Shown: positions 48,746 to 57,059 of the stretch, piece after piece
Numbering within the stretch: the first letter of the stretch is position 1
Layout of the letters: the number at the start of each line of letters is the position of its first letter
Assembly (NCBI GenBank): GCA_963662585.1
Contig: OY759729.1
Span: forward strand, 2,688,001 to 2,752,000
Direction: 5' to 3'
Origin: Candidatus Cloacimonadales bacterium
GTDB taxonomy: Bacteria > Cloacimonadota > Cloacimonadia > Cloacimonadales > JAFGVF01
Length of the DNA: 64,000 bases
The notes under the pieces: model-generated
Seen by the model: only the letters and a program-made list of their open reading frames with translations
Told to the model about the DNA's origin: nothing
Database searches by the model: none
Made by a program: the position numbers and the translations under genes

Positions 48746-49769
48746 CTTCTTAGACTTAACTCCTCAGCAATTTTATCAAGCTGTAAAGGATTTAGGTCAA
48801 AGCAAGTTTCGTGCTACTCAAATTTTAGACTGGGTCTATGCAAAAAATGTATATGATTTCCAAGAAATGTCTAATCTTTCCAAAGAATTACGAACCTTAA
48901 TTAAGCAAAGATTCCGTCTTTTCTTACCCAAGGTTAAAGAATCATATAAATCTGTTGATGGTTCAGTAAAATTTTTATTAGAATTGTGGGATAATAACCA
49001 TATTGAGATGATTCTTATGCCTTCAGAAAAGAGTGCAACACTATGCATCTCTTCCCAGGTTGGTTGTTCAAGAAAATGTAAATTCTGTGCTACAGGGAAA
49101 TTGGGTCTTACCCGAAACTTGCTAACTTCAGAGATTGTTGGTCAAATTCTTCTAGCTAAGAAATATATTAAAAATAGAAAACTAACCAATGTAGTCTTTA
49201 TGGGAATGGGTGAACCTCTTGATAATTATGAGAATGTTGTCCAAGCAGTTAGAATTATTACTGACGAAAAAGCAATTAATCTTAGCTCTCGTCGAGTAAC
49301 TATTTCAACATGTGGTGTTATTCCCAAAATTAAATTATTGGCCCATGAAGATATCAAAGTAAAATTAGCTGTCTCTCTGAATGCTGTTCTTGATAATAAA
49401 AGAGATGAGATAATGCCAATAAACAAGATATTTCCTCTTGCAGATTTGAAAAAAGCACTTTTGGATTTCAGACATGCTACTCCTTATAGAATTACTTTCG
49501 AATATGTAATGATTAAGAATTTTAATATCGGAAATGATGATGTTAGAGCACTCTTGAAATATCTTGGAGACCAATCATGTAAATTGAATTTAATTGCTTG
49601 GAATCCTGTAGAAGGAATTGAATATGAGGCTCCAAGCGAGAAGAATATCGAGGATTTCAAAGCAAAACTAACAACGCTTCAATGCCCTGTTATTCAACGC
49701 GATAGTAGAGGTAATGATATAAATGGAGCATGTGGTCAATTAGCTGGTGGATTATTAAATAAATCCTAA
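48699..49769 (+). CDS. rlmN: 23S rRNA (A2503)-C2 methyltransferase RlmN
   Basis: CISSQVGCSRKCKFCATG, MGMGEP, EYVM, GACGQL. Confidence 0.95.
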   Translation: MCQMTTTLVQSPEVINFLDLTPQQFYQAVKDLGQSKFRATQILDWVYAKNVYDFQEMSNLSKELRTLIKQRFRLFLPKVKESYKSVDGSVKFLLELWDNNHIEMILMPSEKSATLCISSQVGCSRKCKFCATGKLGLTRNLLTSEIVGQILLAKKYIKNRKLTNVVFMGMGEPLDNYENVVQAVRIITDEKAINLSSRRVTISTCGVIPKIKLLAHEDIKVKLAVSLNAVLDNKRDEIMPINKIFPLADLKKALLDFRHATPYRITFEYVMIKNFNIGNDDVRALLKYLGDQSCKLNLIAWNPVEGIEYEAPSEKNIEDFKAKLTTLQCPVIQRDSRGNDINGACGQLAGGLLNKS

Positions 49770-49829
49770 AGATGCTTAAATCAAGGCAGATTAAACTAGA
49801 CAAATTAATTTTAGATGAGTGAGGAAAAA

Positions 49830-50624
49830 ATGGAAAATGTGAAAAATATTGCTTTAAAAGTTTTAAAAATTGCTGATCCTAAACCATGCAAATGTGGGGG
49901 AGAGCATCAAGTATGTTTAAATTGTAGAGTATGCAGAGCTAATGAAGAAGACAAATTAGCTACTGACTTTGATCATTTAGCTCAATACATCGATCACACA
50001 ATCTTAAAGCCTGAAGCAACTAAAGATGCTGTTAAAAAACTCTGTCAAGAAGCTGATTATTATCTCACTAAATCTGTTTGTGTAAATCCTGCTTTTGTAG
50101 AATTTGCTCATAAGAATCTCAAGAGAGTTTTAACCTGTTCAGTGGTGGGTTTCCCTCTATCAAATTCTCTAACCCAGACTATCCTAGCAGAGACTAAAGA
50201 AGCTATTGCAAATGGAGCCAAAGAGATTGATATGGTTATTAAAGCTGGTTGGTTGAAAGATAAAGAGTATGATAATATATTAACTGAGATTACTGCAATT
50301 TCACAAGCTTGCTCAGATAATGGCGCAATTTTGAAAGTTATTTTTGAAAACTGTCTCTTAACTGATGAAGAAATAGCAATTGCTGCTATTTTATCCAAAA
50401 AAGCAGGTGCTGAATTTGTTAAAACTTCCACAGGCTTTAACAAGAGTGGAGCAATATTGGAAGATGTAGAATTAATGAGAAGAGTAGTAGGACCAAAGTT
50501 AGGTGTAAAAGCTGCAGGTGGTATCAGAGATCGTGTTACTGCTAGAGCTATGCTTAAAGCAGGTGCAAATAGAATTGGCGCTAGTGCCACAGTAGAAATT
50601 TTGAAGGAAGAATATGAAGATTAA
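49830..50624 (+). CDS. deoC: Deoxyribose-phosphate aldolase with an N-terminal extension
   Basis: IDHTILKP, VVGFP, GAKEIDMV, FVKTSTGF, VKAAGGIR, RIGAS. Confidence 0.93.
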   Translation: MENVKNIALKVLKIADPKPCKCGGEHQVCLNCRVCRANEEDKLATDFDHLAQYIDHTILKPEATKDAVKKLCQEADYYLTKSVCVNPAFVEFAHKNLKRVLTCSVVGFPLSNSLTQTILAETKEAIANGAKEIDMVIKAGWLKDKEYDNILTEITAISQACSDNGAILKVIFENCLLTDEEIAIAAILSKKAGAEFVKTSTGFNKSGAILEDVELMRRVVGPKLGVKAAGGIRDRVTARAMLKAGANRIGASATVEILKEEYED

Positions 50625-51987
50625 TGTCGCTGGTTATAATATAGATAAAAGTTTGATAGATACCTTAGATAATATAAAAGCAACACCTGAGGTGATATCA
50701 GCTGCTTATGCTAGAATTAGTAGAAGTAAGAAGGATGTCACTTCCTTAAGAGAAGAAGCTCTATCTGAGGTCGAAAAAGCCAGAAAATCTAACAATAGTA
50801 TCATTTTTGAAATGGGGCATAGCTCCATAGCTGAACATGTGGTCTTTAATTTAGACATTTTAGATGTTTCCAGATACTTAACTGAATTCATTCAGAAATC
50901 AAGATTAGCTTCTTTTACCGAAAAATCTCAAAGGTATGTTACTTTAACTTCTGCTTATTATATTCCTCAAGAATTAACAGAATCTCAAAAAGAAGAGTAT
51001 ATTAACTTAATGGAATTTTTATTCTCAAGCTATGAAGAGATGTTTCAGATAGCAAAAAAACAGCTTATTAAAGAGAATTTTTCAGGTTCTCAAAGGGAAT
51101 TAGAAGGTAAGGCAAAAGAAGATGCTCGTTATATTCTTCCTTTATCTACTCAAACCCAAATGGGAGTAACTATCAATGCTAGAAGTTTAGAACGATTATT
51201 AAGAAGATTAGATGCCTGTGGTCTTTCAGAAGCTAAAGAACTTAAAAATATGATTGTAGAACAGGTAAAAGATATTGCTCCTTCAGTAATAAAATATACT
51301 GATGCTGAAGTTTATGAAAGATATAATAAGCATATTCCTGATTTTCCTAAAGTAAATAATAGATTCAATTGGCAACTTAATCATCATACTGATAACCCTG
51401 ATTTAAAGATTCTTGCCTATTATATTTTTGAAAACAGCGGTGAATCATTAGATAATATCGAAAAATATCTATCTTCATTATCATATCATGAATTAAAAGC
51501 AATGTTTAAATCGATTTTTGAAAATATGAAAGCCTATCATCTTCCGATTAAAGCTTTTGAATCTGCTGAATTTGAGTTTCAATTCAATATATCTTCAAGT
51601 TGCTACGCCCAACTCAAACGACATAGAATGGCAACAATCATAAAATCTCACTATGAAATAAAAAATGGTTTTGTTATACCTCCTCAATTAGAGTTTTTAA
51701 AACAAGCAAATAGATTCCAAGAGGCTAATGAAAAAATTGCTAAGTTATACTCTCAATTAGACAGTAGTATCGCGCCTTATGTTCTTACCAATGCTCATAG
51801 AGTAAGAGTTGTGATGAAGGCTAATCTGCGCGAATTATATCATTTCAGCAGACTAAGAAGTGATAGTCATGCTCAATGGGAAATTCAAGAATTATCTGAC
51901 TTCTTAATAGCAAAGATTCAAGAAGTTGCCCCTTTATCAGCTTCCTTGATGATGGGTAAAGATGAATTTAATAAAGTAGTTTTATAA
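50614..51987 (+). CDS. thyX: FAD-dependent thymidylate synthase, tandem two-domain form
   Basis: MGHSSIAEH, SFTEKSQRY, EDARYILP, NARSL; second domain QLKRHR, NLRELYHF..LR..HAQWEI. Confidence 0.88.
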   Translation: MKINVAGYNIDKSLIDTLDNIKATPEVISAAYARISRSKKDVTSLREEALSEVEKARKSNNSIIFEMGHSSIAEHVVFNLDILDVSRYLTEFIQKSRLASFTEKSQRYVTLTSAYYIPQELTESQKEEYINLMEFLFSSYEEMFQIAKKQLIKENFSGSQRELEGKAKEDARYILPLSTQTQMGVTINARSLERLLRRLDACGLSEAKELKNMIVEQVKDIAPSVIKYTDAEVYERYNKHIPDFPKVNNRFNWQLNHHTDNPDLKILAYYIFENSGESLDNIEKYLSSLSYHELKAMFKSIFENMKAYHLPIKAFESAEFEFQFNISSSCYAQLKRHRMATIIKSHYEIKNGFVIPPQLEFLKQANRFQEANEKIAKLYSQLDSSIAPYVLTNAHRVRVVMKANLRELYHFSRLRSDSHAQWEIQELSDFLIAKIQEVAPLSASLMMGKDEFNKVVL

Positions 51988-52000
51988 AAAACTTTGTCTA

Positions 52001-52040
52001 GTCCCCTTTCAACTTTTAAGCTGAGAGGGGATTTTTTTTT
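52001..52040 (+). terminator. Rho-independent terminator ending the gene cluster at thyX
   Basis: GTCCCCTTTCAACTT-TT-AAGCTGAGAGGGGAT followed by a T tract. Confidence 0.85.
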
Positions 52041-52058
52041 AGGCTCAATTAAAGTCTG

Positions 52059-52253
52059 CTAGAAATTATTTTTTGATATTAATTTGGGTTCTCTCTCAAG
52101 TAGAGTGGGAACTAAATATAATAGTAAATCAATAAACTTCAAAATCTTCTTAGCTGCAGAGGCAGCGACACAAAAAGCCTTAGATATGCCGATCCTCTCC
52201 AGCTGGTAGAATGCTGCATTTTTATAGTCCTGTATCTCTTGTGAAGTTAGCAT
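52059..52253 (-). CDS. Small hypothetical protein (64 aa)
   Basis: ORF fills an otherwise empty interval and has a weak RBS (GGAAG); no motif. Confidence 0.3.
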   Translation of the reverse strand: MLTSQEIQDYKNAAFYQLERIGISKAFCVAASAAKKILKFIDLLLYLVPTLLEREPKLISKNNF

Positions 52254-52337
52254 ACTTCCAAGATACTTTTATTATTTTTTTCCTAAGACCCACTTTACTT
52301 GAAAGAGTGCCTTAATTTGTATTTTTATCGCCTCTTT

Positions 52338-52375
52338 ATATCAAAAAGATATTTTACTATATCAAAATGATATAG
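52338..52375. promoter_or_regulatory. Tandem palindromic upstream activator sites (putative bEBP binding)
   Basis: ATATCAAAAAGATAT (52338) and CTATATCA-AAA-TGATATAG (52357-52375), offset by 21 bp and about 90-120 bp upstream of a sigma-54 site. Confidence 0.6.
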
Positions 52376-52458
52376 AATTTAAAAAGGAAATAGTTATAGA
52401 AAATTTAAAAATACTCATAAAGTTATATATAACAATAATATATGAAGATTGGAAAAGT

Positions 52459-52475
52459 TTGGAACAGTGAATGCA
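52459..52475 (+). promoter_or_regulatory. Sigma-54 (-24/-12) promoter
   Basis: TTGGAACAGTGAATGCA: GG-N10-GC, 38 bp upstream of the ATG at 52513. Confidence 0.7.
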
Positions 52476-52512
52476 ATTAGTAACTGTAAGAAAATAAATT
52501 TCGGAGGATAAA

Positions 52513-53754
52513 ATGAAAAAGTTTTTAATAATTACTGTGTTAATGGCGTTCTCATTAACCTTTGTGTTTGCGCAAGAAATGAGCGAAATTCAAATGGAAA
52601 AATTTGAAGGGAAAATGGAAAAATTCGCAGATGAGATGGAAAATTTAGCAGAAAAGATTGCTGAGGAACAAGGTCAAGTAACTATTACTGTTAATAGTAA
52701 TGATACTAAAAGAGTTTATCTTGGTGTTTTTCCTCAAGATTTATCATTAGATGATGTTCGTGAATTAAATTATGATTTAAATTATGGTGTTTTAATCTCT
52801 GGTGTTGTAGCAGGTAGTTCAGCAAGCAGACAAAAAATATTCGCTAAAGACATTATCTATGAGATTGATGGTAGAAAAGTTACAAATAATAAGGCCTTTA
52901 CAGAAATCCTTAAATCTTACAATCCTGGTGATGTAGCTGTTATGAAAATTTTTAGTGCAGGTAAGCATACAGAAAAAGAATTTACCTTCGAAGCTAACCC
53001 TCAGTCAAAAGATGCGAATGTAAAAGTTGATTTAATAAAGAAAAAAAGTGAAGTTGATTGGAATTCTGTAGCAATTAACTGGATTCCACGCTACTATCAA
53101 TTTGATGATATCGATGATGTTAATGGCATTTTTGGACAAATGGGTTTTGATAAATTAGACGATGATGGTATCTTTATGAATGGTTTTGGTTTCAGAATCC
53201 ATGCTGGTAAAGGTTTCTATATTGGTGGAGAATGGAGTTGGAATGAGACAGATAAAAAGGTTAATATAACAACCGAAAATATAACCAATTATCCTAATAC
53301 AGATCCAACTGCGAATTTCCAAAAAAGTAAAGAAAATTTTGTTAGAGAAATGAAATATTATAACGGATTTGGTGGTGTTACTTTAGATAAAAGAATTTAT
53401 TTCACTAAATATTTCCAACCAGGAATCGGCTTCCTATTAGGTGCTGGTACTCAAAGATTCGAGTTCTCTCAAACAAACGGAGATTATGATTGGGATAATT
53501 TAAATCAAGATTTCAATACTTCAGGTAATAATCACATGGTAATGAATAGAGATTTTATCATCTTCCAACCTAGAGCTGATTTATACATCCCAATCCTATC
53601 ATGGGTAGGTGTTAGAGGTGAAGTCGGCTATATGTTAGGTTACAGTCCTCAATCAGGCTGGCAAGGTGGAGATTATGATTATGGTATAAAAAACTCACCA
53701 GATACTAACTGCCAAGGTTTAACTTTCTCAGTTGGTCCATGGATCGAGTTTTAG
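52513..53754 (+). CDS. PDZ-domain protein with a C-terminal outer-membrane beta-barrel
   Basis: Signal peptide, short coiled coil, PDZ (YLGVF..GVLISGVVAGS..DIIYEIDG..PGD), amphipathic strands ending in VGPWIEF; RBS GGAGG. Confidence 0.72.
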   Translation: MKKFLIITVLMAFSLTFVFAQEMSEIQMEKFEGKMEKFADEMENLAEKIAEEQGQVTITVNSNDTKRVYLGVFPQDLSLDDVRELNYDLNYGVLISGVVAGSSASRQKIFAKDIIYEIDGRKVTNNKAFTEILKSYNPGDVAVMKIFSAGKHTEKEFTFEANPQSKDANVKVDLIKKKSEVDWNSVAINWIPRYYQFDDIDDVNGIFGQMGFDKLDDDGIFMNGFGFRIHAGKGFYIGGEWSWNETDKKVNITTENITNYPNTDPTANFQKSKENFVREMKYYNGFGGVTLDKRIYFTKYFQPGIGFLLGAGTQRFEFSQTNGDYDWDNLNQDFNTSGNNHMVMNRDFIIFQPRADLYIPILSWVGVRGEVGYMLGYSPQSGWQGGDYDYGIKNSPDTNCQGLTFSVGPWIEF

Positions 53755-53793
53755 AATAAATTAGACAAGTCGTATTAGTATATATCCTTCCAC

Positions 53794-53817
53794 GCCCAAT
53801 CCAACCCCGGATTGGGC
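53794..53817 (+). terminator. GC-rich hairpin after the PDZ gene (terminator or stabiliser)
   Basis: GCCCAATCC-AACCCC-GGATTGGGC; weak T tail. Confidence 0.5.
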
Positions 53818-53892
53818 TTCCCTATAAAAAATATATTTTTTTCCTTGTCAATTATTTTGAGTAATATTTAAATAGTATCAAGAGGTAAAACG

Positions 53893-54441
53893 ATGTTTGA
53901 GAGTTTAGGAAACTATATCTTGAAAGGTGTAATAACTTTTACACTTTTAGTGTTGTCTTCTTATGAAGGTAACGACGCAACTTTTAAGGCCTTACAGGTA
54001 AATTATTTAGAAGGTGCTATTGGAATTCAAGTCCAATTAGAAAGTGCTTTTGAGAATGATTTTGAAGAGATATTTAAAACAGGTAAAAGTATAGATATCT
54101 GGTTTAATACTTCTGTAAGTAGCCAAGGTGTAGTGTTAGAGGAAGAGGAATTTAGTCATAATGTTACCTATGATCCTCTCCTAGATAGCTATTTACTATT
54201 TAAAGGTTCAACAGATGAATCTATGGTCTGCGAAGACTATCAATGTTTAGTAAAGGAACTCTCACAAATTAAATGGCATTTTAGACAGCTTAGAAGTGTT
54301 TCAGATTATGATTTTTCTATTAGTGCTCATTTGGAGAAAATCTACTTTGAAGAGATGGATGATGATTTTAATCTGATGCTATTGTGGAAGAATAAAACTC
54401 CTCGGTTAAAAGAGAGGATTAGGGTAAATTTAAATAACTGA
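53893..54441 (+). CDS. DUF4390-family periplasmic protein
   Basis: N-terminal hydrophobic segment, HNVTYDPLLDSY motif, and position directly upstream of an NtrY-like kinase. Confidence 0.6.
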   Translation: MFESLGNYILKGVITFTLLVLSSYEGNDATFKALQVNYLEGAIGIQVQLESAFENDFEEIFKTGKSIDIWFNTSVSSQGVVLEEEEFSHNVTYDPLLDSYLLFKGSTDESMVCEDYQCLVKELSQIKWHFRQLRSVSDYDFSISAHLEKIYFEEMDDDFNLMLLWKNKTPRLKERIRVNLNN

Positions 54442-54455
54442 TATTGGAAGGTTTA

Positions 54456-55625
54456 ATGAAGTATCGTCCAGGGATTAGATCCTATTTTATAATTACTTTT
54501 ATTGTTGTTTTTGGGTTGAGTATATATTTAATTAATAACTATTTTCTAAATCAACAAGAGAGAATTAAGGGGTCTTTTAGTAATATTGATGCGAAACCAC
54601 TGGTCCAGAATTTGAGATTGGAAACAGCTCAAGACTCCTTGCTCGCAACAAATCTTCTTAATAATATAAATAGTCTTAAAGCACTCACAGCTACAACTTT
54701 GATCGAAGTTAAAAGTTATTCTTGGCTAATTATTTTCACTATAGCTCTGGTTGCCTTTGCTTTCTTTATCCTAATAATAATGAAGTTTAGTAAGCCGATT
54801 ATTGAGTTGCAGAAAGCAACAGAATTGATACAAAAAGGATTTTATGACATCTCTTTACCAGAAACAGGAATAAGAGAGCTTAGGGATTTGAAGAAATCTT
54901 TTAATACTATGTCTAAAGAGTTAACCAATACTCAGGAAAAGTTGGTAGAGTCTGAAAAACAAGCAATTTGGAAAGATCTTTCTCGAGCCCTAGCTCATGA
55001 AATAAAGAATCCTCTGACTCCTATCCAGTTAACATTACAGAGATTAGAAGAAAAGTATGATGACAAGGATAGATTCTATGCTTACTTTCCGCAAGCAACT
55101 GAAGTTATTCATAATGAAATTCAGAACCTTTTATCCATATCCAGAAACTTCTCAACCTTTGCCAAATTAGTAGTTCCAGAAAAAAGTGCTTTTTGCCCTA
55201 AGAAAGCACTAGATAATATAATTGATTCCTATAGTGCTAACTTTACCATTAATCGGAATTATAATACTAACAAATTAACCTATTTTGATCAAGACCATTT
55301 TTATCAAATTATAACTAATTTGCTTCAGAATGCTATTGACGCTAGTGACCGTGGGACACCTATTGAAATCTCAATTAAAGAAGACCATACATTACTTATT
55401 ATTTGTATTGAAGATCATGGAATTGGAATTGCTCGAGAAGATATTAGTAGGATTTATAATCCTTACTTTACCAAAAAGGTTAATGGTAGTGGGATTGGAT
55501 TAGCCTTAGTTAAGAAGTTTATTGAGGCTAATGGTAGTGCTATATATGTAAAAAGCCAAGAGGGTATTGGCACAAAATTTAGGTTCTCTATGGAGATTTT
55601 TAATGAAAATTCTGATAACAGATGA
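54456..55625 (+). CDS. NtrY-like HAMP sensor histidine kinase
   Basis: Two transmembrane helices, HAMP, AIWKDLSRALAHEIKNPLTPIQL, NLLQNA, DHGIG, GSGIGL. Confidence 0.9.
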   Translation: MKYRPGIRSYFIITFIVVFGLSIYLINNYFLNQQERIKGSFSNIDAKPLVQNLRLETAQDSLLATNLLNNINSLKALTATTLIEVKSYSWLIIFTIALVAFAFFILIIMKFSKPIIELQKATELIQKGFYDISLPETGIRELRDLKKSFNTMSKELTNTQEKLVESEKQAIWKDLSRALAHEIKNPLTPIQLTLQRLEEKYDDKDRFYAYFPQATEVIHNEIQNLLSISRNFSTFAKLVVPEKSAFCPKKALDNIIDSYSANFTINRNYNTNKLTYFDQDHFYQIITNLLQNAIDASDRGTPIEISIKEDHTLLIICIEDHGIGIAREDISRIYNPYFTKKVNGSGIGLALVKKFIEANGSAIYVKSQEGIGTKFRFSMEIFNENSDNR

Positions 55626-56949
55626 TGAAATAAATATTGTAAAATTATTAAAAGAGATTTTTGAAGAAGATAATCATGATGTAGAAATTGCTTTTAATGG
55701 CCAGCAGGGTATTGAAAAATTTAAATCATTTGCGCCGGATATTACATTTTTGGATGTGAAAATGCCTGTTTTAGATGGTGTAAGTGCTTTAGAAAAAATT
55801 AAACATATAAACTCAGAGGCTACAGTGATAATGGTCTCAGGGCATAGTAACATCCCTATAGCGGTTAAGTCTATTAAAGGTGGAGCTTACGATTTCCTAG
55901 AGAAACCACTTTCTCTTCCTCAGATTAAGGTTACTCTCAACAAGGCTATTCAACATATCAGAATGAATAATAGGGTAGCAAACCTGCAGAGTAATCTCGA
56001 CTCCAAATACCAAATGATCGGTGATTCTTCAGCCATGAAGCAGTTAAATAGTCTGATTGATAGAGTCGCAGCTACTAATTCAAAAGTCCTTATTCAAGGT
56101 GAAAGTGGAACAGGTAAAGAACTTGTAGCCTGGTCAATTCATACTAAAAGTAATAGGTCAGAGGGAAGTTTCATTAGATTTAACTCTGCTGCAATCCCTA
56201 ATGAACTAGTTGAAAGTGAGCTTTTCGGCTATGAAAAAGGTGCTTTTACAGGAGCACAAAATTCTAAGAAGGGAAAGATTGAAGAGGCTGATGGAGGTAC
56301 TCTTTTCTTAGATGAAATAGGGGATATGAGCATGACGGCCCAAGCAAAAATATTAAGAGTTATTCAAGAAGGTGAATTTGAAAGAGTTGGCTCTAATAAG
56401 CAAATAAAAGTTGATGCTAGAATTATAGCTGCTACCCATAAGGATTTACAGAAATTAATATCTGAAGGTAAATTTCGTGAAGATCTCTTCTATCGTTTGA
56501 ATGTTCTTCCCTTAAGAGTTCCACCCCTAAGAGAAAGAAGAGACGATATAAAAGTTCTAATTGATTATTTCACTGCTTTAAACTCTCAAGAGATGAAAAT
56601 TAAACCCAAAAAGTTCACTAAAGAGACTCTAGACTATCTTAAGAATCTTCCTTTCCCAGGAAATGTGAGAGAGCTTAAAAATCTTATTGAAAGGCTCTTT
56701 ATTGTTTCAGAAGAAGAAGTCATTGATTTAGATTTAGTGAAGAGTTTTCATAACCCTAATTCCAATAGTGATGACTTTTGGGATGAGACAATTTCTTTTG
56801 CAGAGAAGAAAACCCAGTTCGAAAAGAGATATTTAGAAATTCAATTGAAAAAAAACTCGGGTAATATTTCTAAGACATCGCAAGCGTTAGGTTTACAGCA
56901 GAGTAATCTCTCTAGAAAGATAAAGGAACTAAGTATAACTCTTAATTAA
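55603..56949 (+). CDS. Sigma-54-dependent response regulator (NtrC/NtrX family)
   Basis: Receiver FLDVKMP; GESGTGKE; intact GAFTGA; LFLDEIG; FREDLFYRL; PGNVREL; C-terminal Fis-type HTH. Confidence 0.93.
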   Translation: MKILITDDEINIVKLLKEIFEEDNHDVEIAFNGQQGIEKFKSFAPDITFLDVKMPVLDGVSALEKIKHINSEATVIMVSGHSNIPIAVKSIKGGAYDFLEKPLSLPQIKVTLNKAIQHIRMNNRVANLQSNLDSKYQMIGDSSAMKQLNSLIDRVAATNSKVLIQGESGTGKELVAWSIHTKSNRSEGSFIRFNSAAIPNELVESELFGYEKGAFTGAQNSKKGKIEEADGGTLFLDEIGDMSMTAQAKILRVIQEGEFERVGSNKQIKVDARIIAATHKDLQKLISEGKFREDLFYRLNVLPLRVPPLRERRDDIKVLIDYFTALNSQEMKIKPKKFTKETLDYLKNLPFPGNVRELKNLIERLFIVSEEEVIDLDLVKSFHNPNSNSDDFWDETISFAEKKTQFEKRYLEIQLKKNSGNISKTSQALGLQQSNLSRKIKELSITLN

Positions 56950-57059
56950 AGTAAAGAATTATTTCATAAAATATAAATGTTTCACGAATGTATTTTGTAG
57001 CAAAATAGGCTTGACAATACCTTTCTTAATTCCGATTCTGACATAGAGGTACTTGTCAC

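Noticed and set aside
50108..50590. 160-aa antisense ORF and the other short ORFs nested in long genes
   Set aside because: They are shadows of well-supported genes on the opposite strand or in another frame, with no motifs.
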